Below are positions 22,577 to 29,633 of a DNA stretch of 32,000 nucleotides, in pieces. The stretch lies in the NCBI RefSeq assembly GCF_000172995.2, contig NC_014729.1, forward strand, positions 2,760,001 to 2,792,000, read 5' to 3'. The stretch is from Halogeometricum borinquense DSM 11551 (GTDB lineage: Archaea; Halobacteriota; Halobacteria; Halobacteriales; Haloferacaceae). A model generated the notes under the pieces. It ran no database searches. It was not told where the DNA came from and was given only the letters and a program-made list of their open reading frames with translations. Made by a program: the position numbers and the translations under genes. Every line of letters starts with the position of its first letter. Positions within the stretch are counted from its first letter, which is position 1.

Positions 22577-23182
22577 ATGCGATTGGAAGCGACCGCGAAA
22601 GAGGATCAGTACAAGATCTGGATGACTGATTCCGAACTCAAACAGTTAGAGCGCGTGGCCGCAAATCAACGCGACTACTTGATCATTCGACTTGGGGGGC
22701 GAGTCGGTCTCCGCGCCTTCGAGATTCCACAGATTTGCCCGAAGCACGTGAAGCGGACCGACGATGGCGAGCACTATCGCCTGCGCGTGCCCGAAGGAAA
22801 GGACACGACCGGGAACGGTGGAAAGCCTCGGGACGCCTATCTGCCGAAAGACGTCGAAGGAGACATACACCGGTTTCAGAACGCCGAGGACATCGGACGG
22901 AATCAGCCACTTGTTGACCTCACTGAGCGCGGTGTTCGCAATGTCGTGAAGCGCACGGCCACCCGTGCAGCTGAAGAGACCGGCGACGAGGACTTTCGAC
23001 ACGTCAGTAGCCACGATCTCCGGCGTCGGTTCGCTCAACGCCTCTTGGTTGACCGGCAGATGAACCCGCGAGTCGTCATGGCTGTTGGCGGGTGGGACTC
23101 CTTTCAGGCAATCGAACCCTACCTCAACGCACCGACGCCCGAGGTCGTCAATCAGGCCTTCGAAGAGGCAGAGCTGTCGTAA
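22577..23182 (+). CDS. Minimal tyrosine recombinase (201 aa, catalytic domain only)
   Basis: Catalytic signature: R in GGRVGLRAFE, K in GGKPRDAYLP, HxxR in SSHDLRRRFA, W in GGWDS and Y in IEPYL. There is no N-terminal SAM-like core-binding domain. Confidence 0.85.
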   Translation: MRLEATAKEDQYKIWMTDSELKQLERVAANQRDYLIIRLGGRVGLRAFEIPQICPKHVKRTDDGEHYRLRVPEGKDTTGNGGKPRDAYLPKDVEGDIHRFQNAEDIGRNQPLVDLTERGVRNVVKRTATRAAEETGDEDFRHVSSHDLRRRFAQRLLVDRQMNPRVVMAVGGWDSFQAIEPYLNAPTPEVVNQAFEEAELS

Positions 23183-23411
23183 CGTCGTTGAGAAGTAAAT
23201 CTTGGTGGCTCTGTTGGAAGTTCCAGAAATTGATGTATCTCGCGTGCTGAATTTGAATATCTATCCTCCTGAACCAGCTGTTAGAATCACTAAGAGAACT
23301 CACATGTAGGAGTTCTAATTGTTCCCGATCCACCTTCTACTCGCCGTATAATCTGGTTTGACCGTCTGTATAGGCTAAGTTTGATATGTTGCCATACCAT
23401 AATATACAATC

Positions 23412-23636
23412 ATGTCTAAAGAGCGAGCAAAATCCCGAATCGAGGCTGAATTTTCGGATAGGAGTGAAATCCCAGACGCCAGCGGTAGCAAGAGCATAGA
23501 TGTGCGTATCCCGAATTCAGGCTTGGATATTGATGACGTTCAGGAAATCGACTACGTAAACGACGTACTTGAGGAAGAAGACGAGTTCCGAGTCTATGTT
23601 TCGGCGGACTCTAACGTGGGCGTCTGGACGACCTAA
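23412..23636 (+). CDS. Hypothetical acidic protein (74 aa)
   Basis: An ATG ORF in the AT-rich island with an acidic C-terminal half. I recognise no motif. Confidence 0.4.
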   Translation: MSKERAKSRIEAEFSDRSEIPDASGSKSIDVRIPNSGLDIDDVQEIDYVNDVLEEEDEFRVYVSADSNVGVWTT

Positions 23637-23866
23637 GTCAGTATCGACCAGCCATCCGCGCTACTGCAAAGCTTACCGTCTGTATCTACCAATCTATTCA
23701 TCCCAGACTGTGATTGGTCAATCAACGATGCACGCTCTGTATTCAGCACACTCACGAGTCCCATCAAGTTTTGAGGATTTCAACAGAGCCATCCTAATCT
23801 ATTCGCGGTCGGTGTCACGGAATATCTCAGGTGCCGCGTCTTCAATATCGAGGACGTTGAACATGG

Positions 23867-24067
23867 TTACGCCCGGAGAATCGCCGCTTCGTCAACCATT
23901 CCGTCGAGATGATCCTCAAGCGCCTCAGCATTCTTGTCGTCGAGTCCGACGAGCACGATCCCGGTGAGATCCGTCTCGGCGAGTTTGTCAAGGAGTTCCT
24001 CCTGATCGGTTGTTGCCTCCGTGACGAGTCGTGTTTGTATGGGTGTGCCGTCGTTCTCGGTACTCAT
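23867..24067 (-). CDS. Hypothetical acidic protein (66 aa)
   Basis: ATG 24067 overlaps the upstream stop (ATGA). The track ORF starts at 24082. Confidence 0.45.
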   Translation of the reverse strand: MSTENDGTPIQTRLVTEATTDQEELLDKLAETDLTGIVLVGLDDKNAEALEDHLDGMVDEAAILRA

Positions 24068-24264
24068 GCTCTCACCGTCCAAGAGTCCCGCACGCGTCCG
24101 CCCGTTCCGTGTATATTGATCTCGTCGCCGGGGGCCGCCCGACGCCGGGCTGCATCGACCGCGTTCTGCTGCGTGCGATGAGAACTTGTTTTTCTACCGT
24201 TCGCTTCGACTTTCCAGTCGTAGGGCTCGCCGCGCGCGGTCGGCATGATGTTGTACCGCGTCAT
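24064..24264 (-). CDS. DUF2188-like small protein (66 aa)
   Basis: WKVEANGRKTSSHRTQQNAVDAARRRAAPGDEINIHGTGGRVRDS fits the DUF2188 pattern as I remember it (W.V...g......t...Ai..Ar..A......l.IHg.dG.ir). Confidence 0.55.
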   Translation of the reverse strand: MTRYNIMPTARGEPYDWKVEANGRKTSSHRTQQNAVDAARRRAAPGDEINIHGTGGRVRDSWTVRA

Positions 24265-24370
24265 GAGACTCTCTCGACGCCGTTCATCCTAATCACCCCA
24301 TGTTTAACCTTCTGCGATAGGTTCCAGGGGCAGAAATTTAGGCAAGAGAGCGTGTCGGATAGTGGTACAC

Positions 24371-24655
24371 ATGAGTCTCCGAAGCTTCCTCAACAATGCA
24401 CTCGGATTTGGTGGCAGTAGTCCGCAGTATACGCCCGGCGAGGTGACCTGGTCCGTTGCATACGACGTTGACGATTACGATGGGCCAGGTTGGTATCTCA
24501 CTGCAAAAGGTCCGGAGGTACACGAGACGGATGGCCCCTTCCGCTCGAAAGGAGCGGCAATAGATGCTGCACGGGAAAGGGGATCCGAAGGAGACGAACT
24601 CAGAACCTGGGACAAAGACGCCTTAGAACCAGAAATAACAACGATAAGGCGTTGA
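24371..24655 (+). CDS. Second, divergent DUF2188-like small protein (94 aa)
   Basis: GWYLTAKGPEVHETDGPFRSKGAAIDAARERGSEGDELRTWDKD has the same pattern with a degenerate C-terminal half. I preferred ATG 24371 over the track GTG 24362. Confidence 0.5.
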   Translation: MSLRSFLNNALGFGGSSPQYTPGEVTWSVAYDVDDYDGPGWYLTAKGPEVHETDGPFRSKGAAIDAARERGSEGDELRTWDKDALEPEITTIRR

Positions 24656-24682
24656 GTTACTCTATCTAGTCCACCGATTTAG

Positions 24683-25921
24683 TTAGTCCCACCAGCTGCT
24701 ACGCTGCTCCTCGTAGCTTGGATCCTCGAAAACTGGCGGGATGTTGCCTGGTGCTAAGTTATGAGCTAGTCCCCAGCCGACGTACCATCCTCGAGCATCT
24801 ACATCTGTTTCCGACTCGATCGTTATTGTTGCTTGAGTCAAGTACTCAAACTCCCCATCATTGTCAAAGTCACGGGCTGTCCCGCCATCACCGCAGACAG
24901 TATATTCTCCCTCGCACCTATCTTGAGCGAATGTTATGACTATGTCGGCTTTCCAGGGGTCCTGTACTCGTGTGAAGGAAACGTCCGAAGGGACTTCTTT
25001 GGCCTTCCACTCTTCAAAATAGGTGACGGCGTGGTTTACTTGCGACTTGGTCTCTGTCAAACTGTTCTTCGAAACATTAGAATAATCGACATACACGGAG
25101 AGATTCGTACTCCGCCACGCGAGGCTTTGGTTCTCGACACTGGGAGCGTCGAAAGTCGGATTTTTGCACCCGTGAGAACCTGACCAGTACGACATCACCC
25201 AGTGTGGTTTTTCACAGTGAGTAATTCCGAGAATATGGCCGAACTCATGGATGATCGTATTCTTGACTGTACGGTAGTTATTCGACTTGTTGTAGAGAAT
25301 TTGGACGTTTTCAGGTGGACGGGCACTGGTTGTCCTGTTTAGCCGATGAGCGCAACCAGAGGCCCCCTGTGGACAGTTAATCGTATTATTGTACCAGACG
25401 ATTATGTCGGGGTTTTCAGCATCTGGTCTGAGTACGAAATCGACGGAATATACACCATACTCCGGATGATCTTCCCAATAATTGAGTGATTCAGCCACGG
25501 CACCAGTCAAATTCCGGGACGGTGCGGCTTGATTTCGTATTCCCACGACGACAGTCTCCTTATTCCACGGGTTCTGAACCGTCTGATCAGCCGTTTCTGA
25601 GACGGTCGTGTTAGTCGGTCCTGATACCGTTGATCCACTACCTCCAGTGTCTGGCCCCGTGAGTACGCCAACTCCCGCAAATAGAACCGTGAAGAGAATA
25701 TAGGCACCAAATCCGAATTTGATGATCTCCCACAAACCAGAGAGCGGATTGTTCCGGAACTGGCTCAAGTAATATTTCGCCCAAGAGGGGTTAGTGATCC
25801 ATCTGATAACCGGATAGCTTACGGTCCAACCACACCGATGGCATTTGAGAAATTTGTCGTGGGATAGTCTCCAGACCCTTTGTCCACACTTCGGACAAGT
25901 CCGACCTTCGCTGCTCGGCAT
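24683..25921 (-). CDS. Membrane-tethered metzincin-type zinc metalloprotease with an N-terminal cytoplasmic zinc ribbon
   Basis: The zinc ribbon is CPKCGQ...x14...CHRCG. A single TM follows (GFGAYILFTVLFAGVGVL). The ectodomain has HEFGHILGITH (HExxHxxGxxH), a downstream Met-turn-like VMSY, and many N-x-S/T sequons. Confidence 0.85.
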   Translation of the reverse strand: MPSSEGRTCPKCGQRVWRLSHDKFLKCHRCGWTVSYPVIRWITNPSWAKYYLSQFRNNPLSGLWEIIKFGFGAYILFTVLFAGVGVLTGPDTGGSGSTVSGPTNTTVSETADQTVQNPWNKETVVVGIRNQAAPSRNLTGAVAESLNYWEDHPEYGVYSVDFVLRPDAENPDIIVWYNNTINCPQGASGCAHRLNRTTSARPPENVQILYNKSNNYRTVKNTIIHEFGHILGITHCEKPHWVMSYWSGSHGCKNPTFDAPSVENQSLAWRSTNLSVYVDYSNVSKNSLTETKSQVNHAVTYFEEWKAKEVPSDVSFTRVQDPWKADIVITFAQDRCEGEYTVCGDGGTARDFDNDGEFEYLTQATITIESETDVDARGWYVGWGLAHNLAPGNIPPVFEDPSYEEQRSSWWD

Positions 25922-25977
25922 TTGAGCAGACTACTTTCACATACTGTGATAATTACTTCGACCAAGAAGCTCAACAA

Positions 25978-26283
25978 TTACTCGTCAGGTTCAAGCTCTT
26001 CGGCCTTAATCTCGCCTTCAAGATACGCTAATCCCTTTTCAGTAATTCGATAATAACGTTTAGTCTCGTCAGTAAGCTCTAACAAGCCTATTTTTTCCAA
26101 GTCACCTATCCGACGCGAAAAGGTACTCCGACTCTTCTCTGAATAACCGCGTACTTCCGCAATATTGTGATGAACGGTTCCCGGCTGAAGCTCTACCCGT
26201 TCCCCCGATATAGACTCCATTTCCCGGAAAAACTCCAAGATGGCGTCATCTACTTCGTTCATCCACGGTACCCGGGGGCGCAT
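25978..26283 (-). CDS. phiH1-repressor-like winged-helix transcription regulator
   Basis: The N-terminal PWMNEVDDAILEFF, followed by NIAEVRGYSEKSRSTFSRRIGDLEKIGLLE...YYRITEKG, is typical of the haloarchaeal virus/plasmid wHTH repressor family. Confidence 0.85.
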   Translation of the reverse strand: MRPRVPWMNEVDDAILEFFREMESISGERVELQPGTVHHNIAEVRGYSEKSRSTFSRRIGDLEKIGLLELTDETKRYYRITEKGLAYLEGEIKAEELEPDE

Positions 26284-26463
26284 GTCCCCTTATCTTTGGT
26301 TCCGATGTATAGCCGCACCGAAAAGTCTGCTGACTGAATCATATATCCTATGTATGAGTAATATTGTGCAAACATATAAATAGGACGGACATTACGAGAG
26401 TTATAACGGAAGCACTTCGCGGACCCGTCGCTCTTCGGCGGTGGGTCCACTTGTCAGAACAAA

Positions 26464-26493
26464 GCGGACCCCGTGTTAGGGGCACGGGTCCGC
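26464..26493. other. Strong GC hairpin (11 bp with one bulge, 7-nt loop) in the repressor/integrase-operon intergenic region
   Basis: GCGGACCCCGTG-TTAGGGG-CACGGGTCCGC. A related imperfect GGACCC...GGGTCC hairpin lies about 40 nt upstream. Confidence 0.4.
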
Positions 26494-26578
26494 GTGGACT
26501 TCCGTGACCTACCACGAAAGCCATGTACAACGACTCGATATGGGGGCTTGAAACCCTCGAACGAACGACAGTATCGGT

Positions 26579-26649
26579 GACTACTTTCACCGCCTGCGAT
26601 CCCGAAATAACGGGGGGCGGTGCGGATTTACGACTACTTTCACTTTCAC
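26579..26649 (+). promoter_or_regulatory. Direct 12-nt repeats GACTACTTTCAC (26579-26590 and 26632-26643, the second followed by TTTCAC); candidate operator
   Basis: This is an exact 12-mer duplication 53 nt apart, 50-120 nt upstream of the integrase-operon start and next to a divergent repressor gene. Confidence 0.35.
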
Positions 26650-26702
26650 TCCCCATACAAGGCTCGACTCTTTTATGGGGGAAATCATCGGCATCGACTG
26701 CG

Positions 26703-26969
26703 ATGCCTAAGACGCTGACGACGATTGAGCTTGAGGATGATGTGGACCGCTGGCGGTACGTGTGTCCGCGTGGTCACCGCGATTGGGAGCCGACGAACAA
26801 CCACTTTTGGTGTGCGGCATGCGCTCGGACATATCACGACGACATCGATCCGGAGTTTCAGGAGCTGAGGGATCGTCGTGACGGCGAGCCACTGTCGCGT
26901 GATGAAGTGCGGTTGATGACGCCCGCGGGGCCGTACCGCGAGGTCTACAAGGGCGGTGGTCACGCGTGA
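26703..26969 (+). CDS. Small zinc-binding protein (88 aa), first gene of the integrase operon
   Basis: CPRGH...x14...CAAC gives Cys/His ligands. I chose internal ATG 26703 because the upstream part of the track ORF 26523.. reads as non-halophilic junk. Confidence 0.65.
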   Translation: MPKTLTTIELEDDVDRWRYVCPRGHRDWEPTNNHFWCAACARTYHDDIDPEFQELRDRRDGEPLSRDEVRLMTPAGPYREVYKGGGHA

Positions 26970-27139
26970 CCCATCACGTCAGCTGCCACGAGTGCGATTT
27001 CGACGCACTGATTGAGGGGGCGTTCGCCACCGAGCGCGCTATCGAACGCCACCAAGAAGAGACCGGTCATAGGGTCAGTCAGGAGTACGTTGCTCCTAGG
27101 GAAACGACACGAGTCGCCACAGACGGAGGAGATCACTGA
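26966..27139 (+). CDS. Small C2H2-like zinc-finger protein (57 aa)
   Basis: It is not in the track (GTG start, under 60 aa). There is a GTGA overlap with the upstream stop. The protein reads VTHHVSCHECDFD...ERHQEETGH (CxxC...HxxxxxH). Confidence 0.45.
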   Translation: MTHHVSCHECDFDALIEGAFATERAIERHQEETGHRVSQEYVAPRETTRVATDGGDH

Positions 27140-27270
27140 TGTCGTGCGTTGAATGTGGTTCTCCAGCGCGGGGGCTTCGGTGTCAGACCTGCCAACGCAC
27201 GCGTGATCTTGAGGAATTCTGGGAATCGATCAAGTTCGACGATGACCCCGAGGAGGAGTCTGATGAGTGA
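27139..27270 (+). CDS. Small zinc-ribbon protein (43 aa) with an acidic tail
   Basis: It is not in the track. MSCVECGSPARGLRCQTCQ has CxxC-x8-CxxC. The ATG overlaps the upstream TGA by 1 nt. Confidence 0.5.
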   Translation: MSCVECGSPARGLRCQTCQRTRDLEEFWESIKFDDDPEEESDE

Positions 27271-27871
27271 CGGTACTGCTCAGGGCGAATTAGATTGGCC
27301 ACCGGAGTTTGAGCGAACACCCGCTGACGAACGCCGATCCTACCCGCACGGATTCGAGGTGACACGGAGTGAGGCATTCGATTCGGTTCTGAAACAGCTC
27401 CGGAGGATGGACGCGAAGAACGTCCGACTCGATACCGACGCAGAGCATCAAAAACGGAACCCAAACAAGCCCTACGCGAACTCATCGTTTGATGACCCTG
27501 GTGTAGTCGTTCGCTTCGAACACGATGGTGAGCAGTACGCGATGCCGATGGACAAGTGGGACAACCCGAGGGACAACGCTCGGGCTATCGCTCTCACACT
27601 AAAAGCGAAACGCGCCCTCACGCGCTACGGTGTCGAGACCATCGAATCGGAGTTCTCAGCTCACCAACTCCCGCCTGGAGACGACCGAGAGAATGTCGTT
27701 GTCTCCGGGGCGATCGAGGAACCGCACGAAATTCTCGGAGTCGCATCAGACGCACCAGAGAGTGTTGTGAAGGCCGCTGCGCGGACTCGGAAGAAAGAGA
27801 CGCACCCAGACAATGGGGGCGACGTAAGTGAGTTCAAGCGTGTCGTGAACGCCGAGGAGGAGTTGCTGTGA
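27263..27871 (+). CDS. J-domain (DnaJ-like, HPD motif) protein with a conserved-looking prophage-type N-terminal domain
   Basis: The C-terminal PHEILGVASDAPESVVKAAARTRKKETHPDNGGDVSEFKRVVNAEEEL is a J domain with HPD. I chose ATG 27263 (8-nt overlap with the upstream gene) over the track start 27149. Confidence 0.85.
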   Translation: MSDGTAQGELDWPPEFERTPADERRSYPHGFEVTRSEAFDSVLKQLRRMDAKNVRLDTDAEHQKRNPNKPYANSSFDDPGVVVRFEHDGEQYAMPMDKWDNPRDNARAIALTLKAKRALTRYGVETIESEFSAHQLPPGDDRENVVVSGAIEEPHEILGVASDAPESVVKAAARTRKKETHPDNGGDVSEFKRVVNAEEELL

Positions 27872-27902
27872 TGCTCGCAGATAACCACGGTGAGGTGCGA
27901 GA

Positions 27903-28931
27903 ATGAAGACACCCTCCGACCTGACGCCTCGAGAAGCAGTTCGTCGATATCTCGACCGACGGAGTACTGAACTCTCCGAGTCGTCGGTTCGTACCTACCG
28001 GTACCGTCTGAAACTATGGGTTGAGTGGTGCGAGGATGAGAACATCGAGCGGGTTGAAGACCTGACTGGCTGGACCTTCGAGCAGTTCGAGGCGTTCCGT
28101 TCAGGACAGGGTATTGCCTCCCCCACGCTCCACGGCGAGATGGAGACGCTGAAAGGTCACATAGAGTACCTTGAACGCATCGAGGCCGTTGATGACGGAC
28201 TCGCTGACAAGGTCCATGTGCCGGACGTTCCGGATTCGGAAATGTCGCGCGATACGATGCTCCGGCCGGAGGACGCAGAGGACCTGATTCGTTACTACCG
28301 TACGCACGATAACGTCTACGGAACTCGGTTCCACGCTGCTCTCGAACTCGCGTTTCACACTGGCGCTCGACTCGGTGCGCTTCGCGGAATCGATCTCCGC
28401 GATTACCACTCGGACGAGCAATTCGTTGAGTTCGTTCATCGGCCGGAGACTAATACGCCGTTGAAGAATCAGCGAAGTGGCGAACGCTCTGTTTCGCTAC
28501 TGTCCGAGGTCTGTGACGCCATCGACGAGTTCATCGCTCACAATCGGCCGTCGGGTCACGACGAGTTCGGACGGTCGCCGCTGTTTCTCACGTATCACGA
28601 GAACCGAGTCTCTAAGAACGCGTTTAGAGCGTGGATATACCGTGCGACGCAGCCCTGTGTGGCGGGTACGTGCCCACACAACTACGACCGTGAGACGTGC
28701 GACTTCCGTCGTCACTCGACCGCAAGCCAGTGTCCGTCCTCAAGGGCACCACATCACGTTCGCACTGGTTCGATTACGTGGCATCGAGACCGGGGATTTC
28801 CTCCGGAGGTGACCGCTGAACGCGTGAATGCGTCTCAGGAGGTTATCGAGAAGCACTACGACAAGGCTTCCCAGCGAGAGCGGATGGAGTTGCGCCGTCG
28901 CCCTCACCTGGGGAAGCTCGAAATCGAGTGA
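27903..28931 (+). CDS. Tyrosine integrase (342 aa) with an N-terminal SAM-like core-binding domain and a Cys-rich insertion
   Basis: Catalytic R in HTGARLGALRGIDL, HxxR in PHHVRTGSITW, and HRD...EKHY (Tyr). The four-Cys insertion is CVAGTCPHNYDRETCDFRRHSTASQC. GGTGAGGTG lies upstream of the ATG. Confidence 0.92.
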   Translation: MKTPSDLTPREAVRRYLDRRSTELSESSVRTYRYRLKLWVEWCEDENIERVEDLTGWTFEQFEAFRSGQGIASPTLHGEMETLKGHIEYLERIEAVDDGLADKVHVPDVPDSEMSRDTMLRPEDAEDLIRYYRTHDNVYGTRFHAALELAFHTGARLGALRGIDLRDYHSDEQFVEFVHRPETNTPLKNQRSGERSVSLLSEVCDAIDEFIAHNRPSGHDEFGRSPLFLTYHENRVSKNAFRAWIYRATQPCVAGTCPHNYDRETCDFRRHSTASQCPSSRAPHHVRTGSITWHRDRGFPPEVTAERVNASQEVIEKHYDKASQRERMELRRRPHLGKLEIE

Positions 28932-28949
28932 GTCTGCTCCAGCAGACTC
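28930..28949 (+). terminator. Perfect 9-bp hairpin GAGTCTGCT-CC-AGCAGACTC overlapping the integrase stop codon
   Basis: The arms are exactly complementary with a 2-nt loop. It could be a terminator or a recombinase-binding palindrome. Confidence 0.45.
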
Positions 28950-29011
28950 ACCCAGTGAAGTGAGCCACACATCCCACTGTTTGGCTCACTCAACAGCATG
29001 AGCCAGAATTC

Positions 29012-29070
29012 CACGTCAGACATCACGACTCACCAATCATGATGAGCATCACGTCAGACTTCATGACTCA
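29012..29070. repeat. Two 21-nt near-identical direct repeats, CACGTCAGAC(A/T)TCA(C/T)GACTCA, 38 nt apart
   Basis: The copies are at 29012-29032 and 29050-29070, with 19/21 identity, just downstream of the integrase gene. Confidence 0.5.
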
Positions 29071-29280
29071 ACGGAGAGAGGTACCGGAGTGTAAAGAAAA
29101 TCAGGGTGGTTGCGGGCCGGGCGGTCCCACTATTTCTGTCCGAACGAAGTGAGGATGAAATCGTCACGAGCGGCTGGTTTAAACTAGCGAGTGCAGCGAA
29201 TCGGAACGAGTGAGAGGTCATATCCGGGCAGTTCCACTGCTACGCGAACGGTACCAACTCACCGCACGAAAAGTTGAACC

Positions 29281-29358
29281 GGGAGGATGGGAGGGGGGAA
29301 ACCCGGCAACTTGGGAGGGGGGGGGAACGCCCTGACCACAGGGGGGGAAGGGACAGGG
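29281..29358 (+). repeat. Cluster of G-runs (G3, G3, G6, G3, G9, G7, G3, G3); G-quadruplex-prone, homopolymer-rich segment
   Basis: GGGAGGATGGGAGGGGGGAAACCCGGCAACTTGGGAGGGGGGGGGAACGCCCTGACCACAGGGGGGGAAGGGACAGGG. The G9 run is at 29317-29325 and the G7 run at 29341-29347. Confidence 0.6.
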
Positions 29359-29633
29359 CTACATGTCGTTTGTAGATACAATTACAAATACTCACTGGTA
29401 CAGCTCAGTATATCGGAGCTAGATCATGCTCACCGCCTTAATAACGGAGGTGCAGATCCGATCACTCAGTGCCTCTAAAGTGCAACCTATTGGGATCACG
29501 TCATATATTGTCATGAAGAGATGACAATCGATATCCTCGAAACGGGTCCCCCGGCCGTCTCGTAGTGTGGTCGGAGCATCGCAAGGAAGGTGACGGCGAC
29601 GACAGATTGAAGATCAGCGTTTCGTCGAATCAG

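Larger units (their letters stand above)
1..29360. mobile_element. Putative integrated haloarchaeal provirus/plasmid-like element, or a mosaic of elements. The left end is outside the window and the right end is somewhere between the integrase stop (28931) and about 29560.
   Basis: Two tyrosine recombinases, a phiH1-repressor-like wHTH, a toxin cassette and compositionally foreign AT-rich blocks. There is a dense operon of membrane proteins with no housekeeping genes. Host-like genes (polytopic membrane protein, J-domain ferredoxin) begin only at 29634. Confidence 0.5.

Noticed and set aside
21473-29184. A 10-nt direct repeat TGGTTTAAAC at 21473-21482 and 29175-29184, which could delimit the AT-rich island plus integrase as one 7.7-kb unit.
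   Set aside because: Hundreds of 10-mer matches are expected by chance within 32 kb, and the flanks do not extend the identity. I kept it only as something to re-test with a proper repeat search.
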